Shown here in pieces: positions 21,558 to 35,200 of a DNA stretch of 64,000 bases. Position 1 is the stretch's first letter, and the number at the start of each line of letters is the position of its first letter. The translations under genes were made by a program, and so were the position numbers. This DNA is from Bugula neritina (Eukaryota > Animalia > Bryozoa), in NCBI GenBank assembly GCA_964035545.1, contig OZ037767.1, forward strand, positions 27,978,628-28,042,627, given 5' to 3'. A model generated the notes under the pieces. That model saw only the letters and a list, made by a program, of their open reading frames with translations, did not search any database and was not told the origin of the DNA.

Positions 21558-22448
21558 CACAAGTGGTATTTGTTTTCATGAAACAACCTCTTTTTATTTT
21601 GTTGTTTATCTTGTATTGTGTATGATTGGTCTACTGTAATATGGAACTACTGTTTTTGATAATCATTTATTTGCTGTACAAGATATAATGTTTTATGTTC
21701 TTCATTAATTATATCATGTGTGTATAACAATTGTTCTTTATTTTATATTGCTATGATTTGTTCAAAATTAATTATATATTTTTTTTGCATAATTTTAATA
21801 TAATTTTGTTGACATGTTACGAAATAATAAATAACAGTAACAGCAAATGTTTTGTATGCTTTGTTATATTTATTCAACTATCAAATTCTTAGAGCAATTC
21901 TTAGACAATCTACATATGCATTTGTCTGATGAAAAGTATTTATAATGTTATATAGGTATGTATAGCTAGCTGCGTGCAAAGCATACTTAGTTTCTGACAA
22001 ACTCAACTCTATGCCATTACAAATTGAGGAATTTATTTATAGAAAAATCCCTGGCACACTTCATTTATACAGTAATAAAATATTAATATAAACCTTAGCT
22101 ATTATCTATACAAACTAAGGGCTGTATGCTCAAACAATTATGTTTTATAATAAATTTGATGCTCTCTTGCATTTTTGTTTTGCTCTGCAGTCCAGAATAT
22201 ACAACTAACACTAGTTATTGCTTAGTTTCATTATATGCTATTCTCAGCTGCTGCACCACACAGCCTTATCACTAAGCTGGCTTAAAAGTTTAAAATTTAA
22301 ACACGCTGACAGCTAAGCAGTTAGTCATCAACTTTAGCTAGAGTTATCTTACCCCTTACAAAACCTGCGTAGTTAATTTAACAAGAGAGGATAACTACTT
22401 ACAAAAACGTAGTTCGCGTATGAATCCGTGCAGGAAGCAACATGGTTT

Positions 22449-22461
22449 CTTGCTTAGCAAC
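22449..22461. promoter_or_regulatory. Candidate RFX X-box upstream of LRRC34
   Basis: cttgcttagcaac (reverse complement gttgctaagcaag) resembles the RFX palindrome GTTGCCATGGCAAC. It lies in a CpG-containing patch 1.3 kb upstream of the ATG exon of a ciliary gene. Confidence 0.5.
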
Positions 22462-23737
22462 GGCGCTACAATTTTGCGAAATGGCTGTTACCTAAACCTT
22501 TGCAGCGTGAATATAATCATATTTGTTCCAAATATGACCATACAATTATTGTCATAAATTTATTCGTGATATTTGATTAACGAGTAAATGTACAAATTAA
22601 ACATTTTATTAAGTAATTTAAGGCCTTTTCAAGGGAAGTTCATGATTAAAGCAACATTATTTTTATTTTATTATTTATATTATATTTATTGATTGTTTAT
22701 ACTTATACGTATAGTTAGAATTTTGATAACTTTTAAATCAATTCAACCTTTGTGCTACAAAAATTAACATTTCATTAATTGCAAAAATGATAATTATGTA
22801 TAGTAAAAATTCAACTTATACTCACTCACTACTTATAGTTATAGTTATTGCAATACTGAATCAAATGTCTTTAGTATCACTATCAGTATGAGGCTGAGCA
22901 TTATTATCATTATGATTATTATAATCATAATGCTATTACTGCCAATATAATTACTAACTCTAAGTTTACGCTTCTAGCTACTACTGTACTAGCAGTTAAT
23001 GCTTATTGATGTATAGTTTTAAAGCTGAAGTGTGTCTTAGGCCTTAGCTAATATTTGAAACAATCTTGATGCATGATTTCAATGTAAACTAGTTGTATGA
23101 TAATATAATTTTGGCATATTTTTACATAAATATATAAACCCATAAGCTTAACATTGTTATTTTAGTAAGTTAGATGTGTCTGTAAGACCTAAAAACTATG
23201 CTACTGTCCCTGGTGGTGCTGTTTTTCAGGCAACTGTCATAGGTCAACAACACCATATAATTTAGCTCAAAATCTATTTTCTCAGCTGTTTTGAGTTTAA
23301 TCATGCAAAGATCTAGAAAGTCTTTAAACTCTTACTTATCAAGTATTCTCATTCTTTCAAACTTTCTAATTCTCTCCTTATAATTGTATAAATAAATGTA
23401 ATTTTCCAGTATTATGAACAACTCTCTTTATTTTACATTTATATTTTTACATTTGAGCATATGTTATTGTGTTTTATTTTTTCTTTTAAATTGTAAATTC
23501 AACAAAATATTTGATTTGTACTATATAAACCTAGTTAGTTAATATTACAGTTTGCTGGCTTTAATGAAAGCATCTTTTAATCATCAGCCTTGTGCCTTGC
23601 TATTAGAAAGTTGGACAAATTAGGTAGTTTAGTTTAACCCAAATAATTGTACATTTTAGTTTTGTCGTATGTTTAAACTTGTATAGTTGGTACTTGAACT
23701 GTTATAAATATATTCATATTTTAGGTATATTTATATA

Positions 23738-24819
23738 ATGACTACTATACATGACATTATCAAGCAGTTTGAAGATGCTGTGTCTTCTAGCAGTTGCCCA
23801 CAAGTTGACTATATCAAACAGGTGCTGTTAAAAGAAAAGCAGCTGGATAGCATGTGAGTCAAAGTCATTTTCTAGTTTAAATTTTAAATAATAAAAGTTG
23901 AATTAAGCTTATAAATGTGCAATATTATAATGCAATATAGCTTAACAGATAAACTGAAACAGGATTAAGCTTGACACTTACCGTATATAAAAAGTAATAT
24001 AATATGGGCCTATATCCTTGAAAGTATTTAATTTATGCTTTTGTATTAGTTTCTTTTATGGCTGTTTCATCTACTTTTCTATTTAATGCAATTAGGATTA
24101 ATTATAAAAAAAAAATTAATTTAGTAATATTGCCATGACCCATACATTCTGCCTCTGCACACAGAATTGTTGTCTTTCTATAACTTGTAATTTGATAATT
24201 AATTTAACATAAAATTTTCAAAGTATTTTTGTAACTTTAAGCTAATTTTTCTATAAAAGATATCCCTTAAAATTCCATTTTCTGTTTTTTTTTCAAATAA
24301 CACAATGTATTATGTTAAAATGGTTTCATAAAAATTTCAAACTACAAGTAAACCAATTTATTCTAAACTAAAATGCTAAAAAAACAGAAATGGGTAGCCT
24401 ATGATTATCTAATTTAGAAACACAATCATGGTTTAGTGTTCTAGCAAGCAATAGGTCATAAGTTCAAATCTAGGCAGCATTATTGCTGGTGTCAGGAATG
24501 CATCTCATCATAACTATTCCAGTACCACAGCAATATTTGTATAAGCCTAGTGAGATATACAGTTCTTAGCTGCCTCACACAAATCACCATAATCAGGGAT
24601 TTTCATTGAGATAATGTAGTGATGGGATTACCCAGTAGTCCCTGTGGTGTAATGGCTAGCGCCTGCTTGCACGCCGGAGGTCTCGGGTTCTAATCCCAGT
24701 GAGGGGGGAGGGCAAATTATTTTATAGATAGTAATTTTAGGCAAACATAATAATAATATGTATATTGTTTGTAAAATGAATTACATTATATACGTACGCA
24801 TATAGTATATATATAAAAT

Positions 24820-24860
<41 letters not shown>

Positions 24861-27800
24861 GCGGTATATTATATTGTATTATATTATATTGTATTATATT
24901 ATATTGTATTATATTATGTTGTTTATATCATGGTATATTATATATTGCATTATATATATTATTATGTATATTTCTTTGGCAGTGAACCTAAAAGCTCAAT
25001 GCACCTTGCCCTTCCTGGAAATGTGCACCTCAAAGAGAACAAACAAAAAGTAACAGATGCAGATGTTGAAGTTGTGGTCTCTCTGCTCAAAGGCAACACG
25101 TATATTATAACTAGTCTAGACTTGAGATACAACAGAATAACAGATAGTGGAGCAAAACTCCTGGCTCAGGCTATTAAGGTTGGCTGAGTTTGATACTCGA
25201 AGTACTGCAGAAAGATTTGTGTTTAAGAGCAATGTTAAATGCCATTCAACTGCCAGCAAGTTTAGAATCATTTAATGAACCATATGAATAGTTATTTCAT
25301 AAATTGAATATATTTATTTCTCAAACAAGCTAATGCATTTTCCAACTTTATTTAAATTCATTTTAGACATAGCTGAATCATGTTGAAACCATTTATTGTA
25401 GTCTGTGGTTGCTGAATCTGTTTCAATATATTATCTGAAATAAAAGAATATAATAGTATACGTCAATAACTCAGGCTATATTTTTTTCTTGTTGAAAATA
25501 CATAAATGATGTGCAACTGCATGTTTGTTTTAGGAGTCATCTTCACTTGTTCATCTTAATCTAAATGGAAATGATATTGAAGAAGAAGGAGCTAGAGCAC
25601 TCGCAAATGCTTTGCAGGTATATATGACATACTATAGTTTGTAACATATTAGCTTAGTGTTATCTGTGTGTTGTGACATGCTACATATAGCTTATTACAT
25701 GCACGTGACACATATATATAATTTATGTATGAGACACAAAAACTTATTCATAAATTTATCAATTATGCTATTTTTATTTTGAAATTATTTCCTTTTTTAA
25801 GGCTAGACAAATATTCATTGTAAAATTGTGTTTCAATGTTTATAGGACAATGAGAGTGTAAAAGAACTACGTTTAAAGAGTAATAAAATTGGAAATGCAG
25901 GCGGAATGGCATTTGCTCAAATGCTGCAGGTAAGTTTCACACTTTCCGTTAACCTGTTGGAAATAAACTTGCTAAAGTGCAGTTTTGATTGCTAAAGCAT
26001 TTTATTATCTAACAATAATAGGTCGGTCTCTATGTGTAGTAATTTTTTATCAGATTTAAGAGCGCATACAATCTAGAACTTTCTTTTAAGAGTTATCATC
26101 ACTTCAATTTTATGAACTGAGTAATTTTCATTTGTTTCATGACATTTTATTTTGTACTTTAAGGCTCTTTATTTTTAAATGTTCACTAACAAATCATGTA
26201 AATTCTTGTCTATTAGTTGAACACAGGTCTGCAAAGACTTGACCTGAGTGACACAGATTTGAAGACGGAGGCAGTTATTGCCTTCAGCACGGTTCTCCGG
26301 AATAACCGCACGCTGAAGTTTCTGGAAATCAACCGCCCACTTCTGTTTACACACCAAGAAGAGCCAACTGTCCACTTTGCTAAAATGTTGAAGGTGTGAG
26401 TCAGACAAATTTCTCATGAATTAAATGAGTCATTCGTTATGATTTGTTATATTTAATGTTTCTATGATATATATTGGTCTTCAATCAGTTAAATTTACAG
26501 TATCATTTGTCCAACTCATCGCTACAACAGTATTAGTTACTTGTTTAAATAAATGTTTTCATCATATTAAATTTTCTGTGGTAGATTGTTCAATTCAGTA
26601 GAAATTATAGTATGAATTTATTTATACAAGTATTAATGTCATAGACTATCACAAAACATCGAGGACTTTGCCAATTCGCAACTTTATTAATTACGACTTT
26701 AGGTAAACTTATGGTTTTAGGTAAACACAACCCTTCAAGGACTGAGTATGATGAAATTTGACATGAGAGATTTTGGGGCAGGCCAACTAGCGGAGAACCT
26801 TCTAGAAAACATGTCTCTTACACACCTTGACTTGAGCTGGTGAGTAGCCAATCAGCATCTAGCGAGTGGCAATCTTCTCAATCATTTCCTGTTAGTTTGT
26901 ACATCAAGATATTATGCTTTAGTTCTAAGCTGGAATTTCCAATGTCTATGGAGAAAGCAATTATTGGCTATACAACTATGTACTCTTCAAGATAGACTTT
27001 GTGAAAGGCAGAGAAATACTTTGATAAACCACCTGACTGTGGCTGGTTTATGAGTAGATATTTTGTAGTAGTTATAATATATGAAATTAGGTACATATTT
27101 TACAGGTCACCAGGTGGGTTACACAGGAGCAGGTGTTAATAATTTGAACCCCATATTTTACTGTATTTTTTGTGCCTAATGCACCAGGTTACCTCTGCAA
27201 TTTTTGCAACTAACTATGTACAATGATTTATTAATACTTGTAGCAATAGGATAACCAGAGATGGTATGGAGTTGTTAGCTCGTGTTCTCAGAAACAATAC
27301 CTCACTCACTCATTTAGACCTTAGTAACAACAGACTTGAGTGCCCTGGGGCTAAATTCTTGGCTACAGCCTTAGCCTACTCTAATACCAACCTTACTTGG
27401 TAGGATTATTTTCTCAGACTAAGATTAGTTTTGGGTCAACGTTTTTATTTTATTCCAAATCTGTTAAATTCATCACGATAAATTATATATATTTATATAG
27501 GAATTATGCAGGTGCATTCTAAATTAATATTTTTAAGCTGATTCCAAAGGTCTGCTTGATTTTAAGTGTAATTATTGTTGCAGTGTCTCCGTGAGATACA
27601 ATAATATTAAAGGTAAAGGGTTGTGCCGCTTGGCTGACGCCATGAAACAGAACACAACTCTTAATAACATGTACATCTGGGGGAACGTTCTAGAAGAAAC
27701 GGCTTGTATTGTAAGTTTTTTAAAGTTTTTTTTATGTCATACTATGTAGTAGCACTGCATGTAGATATATTTCAGATATATTCAGCTTTATCCTATATAA

Positions 27801-28352
27801 TTTATATCAAAAACAGCTGTATGAACTACTTTTCACCCTTTCCTTTTGCCCATGTGTGTATGGACTACTAACAGCGCTAGCTAATGCTCTGTAAACACAG
27901 TGTCATGCAAACTATTCACTCTAATAATAGCATTTATTGATATTATTTAATAGTCTGATATGTGCTCAATTCATGACCTGCACAGAGCTATAAATCTCTC
28001 TAAAAATAAAGTTTGTAACATGGAAAAATACCTGTAACTCATTGTATCGTATCAGATGACTTTCTTGTATTACAAATACAACTTTTTTGTTTTTGACAGA
28101 TTCAGTATATATTTCAAGATGTTTTAGAATGCTAGCAAGTGCTAATAAGGGACTTTGAGTACAATATCATTGTTTTACATCCAGGCATTCAAACAGTTGC
28201 TTGATGCTGGAAGATTTCAAGAGATTGATTTAGATGTGAAACCTTACATCGTGGACGAGGTGACGTACCTGTGCGAACTAAACACAGCCCCGCACCGATA
28301 TGACTATTGGAAACCAGTCTATGGTGATGACATTCCAGATCAGCTAGTCTAG
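23738..28352 (+). CDS. LRRC34: Leucine-rich repeat-containing protein 34 (RI-like 28-aa LRRs)
   Basis: Exons 23738-23853, 24983-25178, 25534-25617, 25846-25929, 26217-26393, 26721-26839, 27244-27399, 27584-27710, 28185-28352. Repeats LDLRYNRITDSGA, LNLNGNDIEEEGA, LRLKSNKIGNAGG. Family-typical RPLLFTHQEEPTVHFAKML and IWGN...DVKPYIVD. Confidence 0.9.
24425..24600 (+). mobile_element. Degenerate SINE-like repeat, copy 2
   Basis: A-box-like tggtttagtg, B-box-like agttcaaatc, then gtgtcaggaatgcatctcatcataact...acagca...atacagttcttagc, shared with 4215-4370. Confidence 0.5.
24614..24710 (+). mobile_element. tRNA-derived repeat (pseudo-tRNA with shared 5' leader), copy 1
   Basis: A box tggtgtaatgg and B box ggttctaatcc. 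The stems are mismatched, so this is not a functional tRNA. Homologous to 34275-34369. Confidence 0.7.
24790..24970. repeat. (AT)n / (ATATT)n low-complexity tract
   Basis: Visible simple repeats upstream of LRRC34 exon 2. Confidence 0.9.
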
Positions 28353-29298
28353 TTGATTTATTTTTAGATCATTTTTCCCAATGGAACTTATATTAGTTTA
28401 CTGTCAGAGCTCTGTTGATGAGCTCTTGTCATAAGTAAGACTGGAACAAGTAATTCTGGTGGCTGAGCACTGTGGAAGCCATTAAATGTAAGAGTTTTAC
28501 TTTTTATTTGAAAAAATTTAATTTGAATCACATAACATTATTTTGATGGTAAAATTTTTATTCATTTTATTATAAATGTATAATACATTTATTTATGTAA
28601 ATTTATCTTCATTGTTTAAAGCAAACAGTATTGGAGAGATATTTTTAAAAGAATAAACTCACATTATTAAAATGAGATATAATATATCAATAAAGAGTAC
28701 TTGTATAATATACATATTATGTATTATGTTGTATTACACATGTAACTTAACACAGTTCCATGGCCTCACTCAGCATATAAGATAACATATACATGTAGTT
28801 ACGAAAATTTTAGTTTATTTGAGTGAATAAATGATAGAACGTGTTTTATTACCACCGTGGGATTTGCAATTTGGTTTGCAACAGATACAGGGATTCAGCA
28901 AAATTACTTGAAAGATTTAGCATAGTGCACTCATTACTATGCAATTACTAACCAGTTAACAATATCTTTACCAGCTCAATGTGGTACCCTCTACTAAAAA
29001 CAAGTTTATAGAATGAAATTTTCTAAAAACAATCATGGAAAAATAACAACTAATAGGGTACAAAAAACCTTACACGTGTAGTTGTAAGCAAATATATCCT
29101 ACATTAAATCTTGTGCTTCTAAAACACTGTGAGCTTATATTGATATGTACGAGAGAATTCTTTTAAAATACAAGTTGAAAAATTTGATTAGTGATTGAAA
29201 AAGAATCTTATAAGAATTTTTAGTTGTACAGGAGCTACAATGCTACATGTTACATATTGCTTATATACATTAACTAAACGGCAGCGCAAATGATGCTT

Positions 29299-32200
29299 TC
29301 AAACAGCAACTGTTTCCAATGTCTTTTCTTCCTCAGCTTCTTTCTCTGTTGTTTGTTTGACTCGACATAAGACATGATTGACTAAGTTTTCAGTTTCAAC
29401 TTCTGCAGATACAAGCAACATGTGGCTAAGACCAAACAGCTCTTTTATGTAGCAGGCAGAGATTAGAATGTGACATCATACATGTCGTTCAACTAACTAA
29501 TACATCTGATTAATAGAAGAAAACTGATTACATAAGGTTTAATGTCAATGTTAGCGATAATATAAATTAATGAGCTGGTTACATCTACAGTTCATTACCA
29601 TCTTCTGTCAGTAAATTACTCAACTCAATGACAATGTAATGTGACAATGAAGTACCAATGTAGTGACCATATAGTGCAAATGTAGTGACAATATAATGTG
29701 AAAATGCACTGATAATGTAGTGAGAATGAAGTGAGAATGTAGTGACAATGCAGTGACAATGCATTGATAATGTAGTAATAATGGAGTGAGAATGTAGTGA
29801 GAATAAAGTGATAATGGAGTTATGCTGTAGTGACAACCACAGGTTGAAGTAGTTGTTTCTATTTAACAACTTACGATGGAGAGAATCTGGTAATTCTTTG
29901 TTCAAAGTTTCCGGCAGCAGAGTAGCGACAAGGCCGGCAACAAGAGCAATAACTCCAAATATCACATAGGGAAGGCTTTTCCAGACGTCATCCTAAAATA
30001 TTGGTGAGTTACTTTCACAACTGTGAGCTAATGTATTACCTCCAAATTTTGTGAAAGTAACATAATTTATATTAATTAATATTGAGCCCTGCCTCGATTT
30101 TTATATATGATAGTTATGGAGCTGTATCCATTACATTTGCCTCACATTCTGTATATAAAAGTAACTGGTATTGAAACAGATTAGATTTTAAAACAATATT
30201 CGTTTAATTGTAGCCACAAACCTTGAAATAGCAAAGTTTGTACAAGTCTGTAAAGTATAGCATACTCCACAGAGATAGGCTAAATAGACCGATTGAAGGT
30301 ATGAGGTAAGTAAATCAAACTGTATGATATACTGAGCAGTGCATGAAGTCATCGTTACATACGCTGTGGGACACTTGCACTTACACTTTGATATACTTAT
30401 ACTGCTGTATACTTACACTGCTGTATACTTACACTGCTGTATACTTACACTGCTGTATACTTACACTACAGTATACCTACACTTACACATAGCCTGTGGT
30501 ATACTTACACTGAGAATCAGATACGGGGATAGAGCTCCTCCTGCCCTGGCAATACTTGATCCTAATCCAAGTGCAGTGACGCGTGCCTAAAGGTGTAAAC
30601 ACCATTATTATAACAGTAAATTGTATGAATAATAATGAGGCTTTTTATTCAAAAGTTAGATATGAAAATATGTTGGTACATCCACACCCACTAGGCATAC
30701 TCTACTAGGTTGATACTTACCACACTCGCTATACGTACTCTAATATCTCAGTATTTACTATATACTTACTCTAATATATCTCAGTATTTACTATATACTT
30801 ACTCTAATATATCTCAGTATTTACCATATTATACTTACTCTAATATATGTTAGTAGTTAGTACTCACTATATACGTACTCCAATCTGTCAGTATTCACTA
30901 TATACTTACTACAATATTATGTTGACACTTACTGTGGTTGGGTAAAGCTCTGCAGTGACCACATAGATCATCTCAAAATTTGTTTCTATAAATAGTTTGC
31001 CTACCATACTCATAGTTATGACTCCAGCTTGCATGCCTACATGAACATCATGGTAGTTATTAGCAAACAAAACCTGAGTTAATTATATCTGTACATTGAG
31101 GCCAATACATATTATACTAATTTCACACATTATTTGATTTTATTTCAATCAATATAAAAGTGACCTTAAATTACTAAAAACTATTTTGAAGTTGTCTACC
31201 GTATGTTGCAAAGATGGGAATAACAGCTGAGACGAGGCATGCAATTAGGAAAGCCGAAGAGATGGCTAATCGCCTCCCTAGTCTGATATACCAGATTCCA
31301 ACAAACTCCAAGATTCCACTTGCCTGCAGCAAGTAGTTGTTTGTAAAGATGTTGCCTGCAAGATTTCCTACAAACAGCGACATGGTACTATAGTAACTAT
31401 CTTCATACATATAACTTTATATTATATGCAGATAATTGTATTATATGCTGATAATTATATTATATGCAGATAATTGTATTATATGCTGACCATATTGTAT
31501 TATATATGTTAAGTAGAGAAAAGGCATAATGCAATATCTGTAGAGCAGCTGTTTTACGGTTTGTCCTCATTGTCAGCATAAAACAGAGTTCCATGCCCAA
31601 CACTTTTGTGTGGGCAATAAACTAATGTTTCCACCAACGCATCTTTAAAAAGTGTGCAAATTTAAGCTATGCAAAGAGCTCTAGTCTACACACACACACA
31701 CACACGCACACACGCACACACGCACACACGCACACACGCACACACGCACACACGCACACACGCACACACGCACACACGCACACACGCACACACGCACACG
31801 CACACACACACACACACATACACACACACACACATAACACACGCACACACACACGCACACGCACACACATACACACACACACACACACACACAGCCAGCA
31901 TGTGCTAGTATATTATCGGAATATTGGTATAGAGATATTGAATAACCTTGTATCAAGAGACAAGTTAGCTAGTGGCAGTACAATAGATTAAATTATGTAT
32001 ATTTAGATTGCCTGAATAAGATTAATTGCTACAGACCTGTATTGAAAGTCATTCCAAAGTAGACAATGGATACACTGAACCAGAGGGCACACACCACTAA
32101 ACTCTTGTGGCGAAGGTTGGGGGTTTTGAATAGGGAGAGTGCATTTCCTTCAACTTTTGGCTGTAACAGTACAACATACAGTACCTGGCTATAATGTACA

Positions 32201-35200
32201 TTCTATTGTAATGTACTATTATATTATAATAATTATATTACATTGCTTTAGTTATAATAAATTATTATATTATGTTTTAATAGATTACTTTAGTTATAAT
32301 AAATTTATATAATAAGTACAAATATGAATCAAAGATTAAGCCAATAAATACTAAAAATAAGTTTAAAATGTTTATTGTTTTGAGGAAAATTACAAGCCGT
32401 GTTGTCTCTTCTAGGCTCATAATATAGCCTTTGTTCTAACTGAATAAGTTTACTGCGTGACTTATAACTATACACATATTGACTGGAGCACTGCTCACAG
32501 GCTATGCAAGTTAGGATATTCTCATGGGCAGGCTGGCTCTAACAGTTTCATCAGTGTTTATACACAGTTAACTATTGCCATAGCTACTAAAGATGCAAAA
32601 ATTAAGCTATTACGTAAGCAGTAATAGCTGTGCTTTTTCTTCTACACACCTGATACTCAAGGTAGACGTGCAGGTTTTCTGGAAATTCTACTTTATTAAT
32701 TCTGGCTGATTTTTTGAAGTAAGCCACGGCTTCTTTTGTCCTACCCTGACTAAGTAGCCACCGAGGGGATTCTTCCATGATCCTGTGAGGATGATGACTC
32801 ATATATGATGCAGTTGGTAGAATATCATATAATACAATGTAATATATATTACAGCATAGCTTAAATATTGTTTAAAGATTGCAGTTATATATATATATAT
32901 ATATATATATATTACAATTATGTATATGTATGTATATATGTATGTATATTGTAACATTTAGCTGTTTAAAGTGTGTTGTAATGCATATTACAATAATATA
33001 GCTTGTAAATACTAAGGTATTGAAATATTATAACTATGCAATACAACATACACCCAAATCACAAATTCCTGGCTGTAACTTATATTTACATATACATACG
33101 TTGGTATAAATTAATGTTTTGCTGATAATGATTATTACCCATAGCTTGACAAGAATATAATTATCAAAGTAGGAATTTCTAGTGGCCAAAGACTTCTTTG
33201 ATGATGGAGATAAATAGCTTCAAACTTCACTTCCTTGATGCAATGTAGAACTTTCTATTTAATAGAAATTCTTGATAAGCCGACCAGTTTTTAAATAAAT
33301 ATGTTTTTATGTTTGAATATAATGTGTACCAATAGTAAGGAATGTAGAGTATGTAGCAGAGGGCACAGGCTAACTGAAAGTGTCTCCAATGAGGAAACAG
33401 ATTTGCAATCCCTGTAACCACCACACCGCCTATACTGTAGGTGACTCCATGGAGCATTCCAGCCGCAGCGCGATCTTTAATAATCTCACAAACTGTAAAT
33501 AAATTATACATGCTTTAGATGTCTTATATGTTAACAGATATGTTTTTTGTTATCATATATATTATATGATATCATATATTATATTATCATGTATGTTAAC
33601 ATAAGTTTTTAGTTATTCTATATGTTAGCAAATAAGCTTTGTGTTATCATGTATATCTTTATATATATCATTATATATGTTATATATATATTATCATATA
33701 TGTTATATTTATTGTCATATAATGTGTTTAAGTCATTATTTATGCAATTACCATGCATTTCTTTCAACAAGGATGATGTATTCACAAATTATTCAGGTCT
33801 TGCCTGATTTATTTGATTAAAAAGATTCATGCACACAAAAACATCAAAAAACATGATGAACAATAATTCTATATTAAGGTTTGATGCTAAAGCCAAATTT
33901 TGTTATTGCATTTGCATAAAAATAAAATTAATTTTTTACCGTAGACAAACCCTGCATTCCTGGCTCCAGCCGTAAATATTCCAAGAAGCAGTCTCATAAT
34001 GGCCAACATCCAAAAGTTGACAGAAAAGCTGGCAATGACTCCAATGACAACCATACAGATGTTGGAGACTAGCAGCAGTTTACTTCGACCATACCTGTGA
34101 ACAAAACCATCTCATACCTGTGAACAAAACCATCTCATACCTGTGAATGAAAACAGCTTATAGAGGCATCATTTAGTTTAAGAATCTACTGCATTTACTC
34201 CATACCTTGTAGAGGTGTTATCAAAGTTTGTCAAACATGAAAGATGTTTTGAAATTACAGCCTGAGAAATAATTGCTCCCACTGGGAATCGAACCCTAGA
34301 CCTCTGGCTTGCAAGCAAGTGTGCTAACCATTACACCACGGGGACCACTGAGTAAACTCATCACTACATAGCCGCTTCTTTTTACAAACTGCAATGTCTA
34401 TTTGTTGTTTCATTATTGTGATAAAAAGCTGTATCTTAAATCATTTCTTACTCAAGATTAGAATTATTGTATAGTACTTGTACTTGTTTCATCTGGTATG
34501 ATGTTTTATATTTTTAAATTTTCAACTGCCAACGCAGGCCTAACATTTCATTGGTTGACATCCCAAAGTTAAACTTATCCAATTGCTGATTGGCTTACTT
34601 GCCTCTAACAAATGACCCCATTGGCTGACCAAACTGTTGAGTTGTAAACTCACCTATCTGATAGGTCAGCCAAGAAGATACACCCAATGAGAAAACCAAG
34701 CATGTACATAGAGCTAGCCAAGGCAATCTTCCATTTGCCAGTACAAGAGTTAATGTCCCACTATAATATCAAACATCCTGTTAAATCAGCATTATAGTGT
34801 AGCCTATAAGGTGTCTATCTCTACTGACTTTCAAATATATTATTTTAGGTTCAAAATAAAACTGAAATTATTATATTAATTTTGATGCAAATATTAATTG
34901 TATAACAATAACCATAAAATAACAATAAAAATTTAACAATAATAATATAACAAGTTGGCTTTTCACGCTTCACAATAGCAACGAGCTAGCGTGTTCTCTC
35001 CCACGCAATAGCTTCAATGCTTCACATTACAACTGACTTTTACAGAAAGAAAAGAAAACAATTAATCAAATCTTGTGAATTTGAGAGTCTCATTTTAGTA
35101 ATTATCTGTTTCACAATGCAGATGCTTGCTTTGAATATGAAACATGTTCTGCAGTGATATCCATGATAAACAAGGGAGATAATGCACACCATGCAAAACA

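Noticed and set aside
21436-21639. Poly-Cys ORF (+) and poly-Ala ORF (-)
   Set aside because: Alternative frames of the CTG repeat, not a metallothionein-like gene.
27103-27197. Short MITE with imperfect terminal inverted repeats
   Set aside because: Only ~11 of 14 bases match, with no clear TSD and a single copy.
31667-31956. CVCV/HTHT ORFs
   Set aside because: Translations of the CA microsatellite.
34275-34346. Functional tRNA gene (Ala or Cys anticodon)
   Set aside because: Anticodon stem, T stem and acceptor stem are mismatched, and a diverged second copy exists. Treated as a tRNA-derived repeat.
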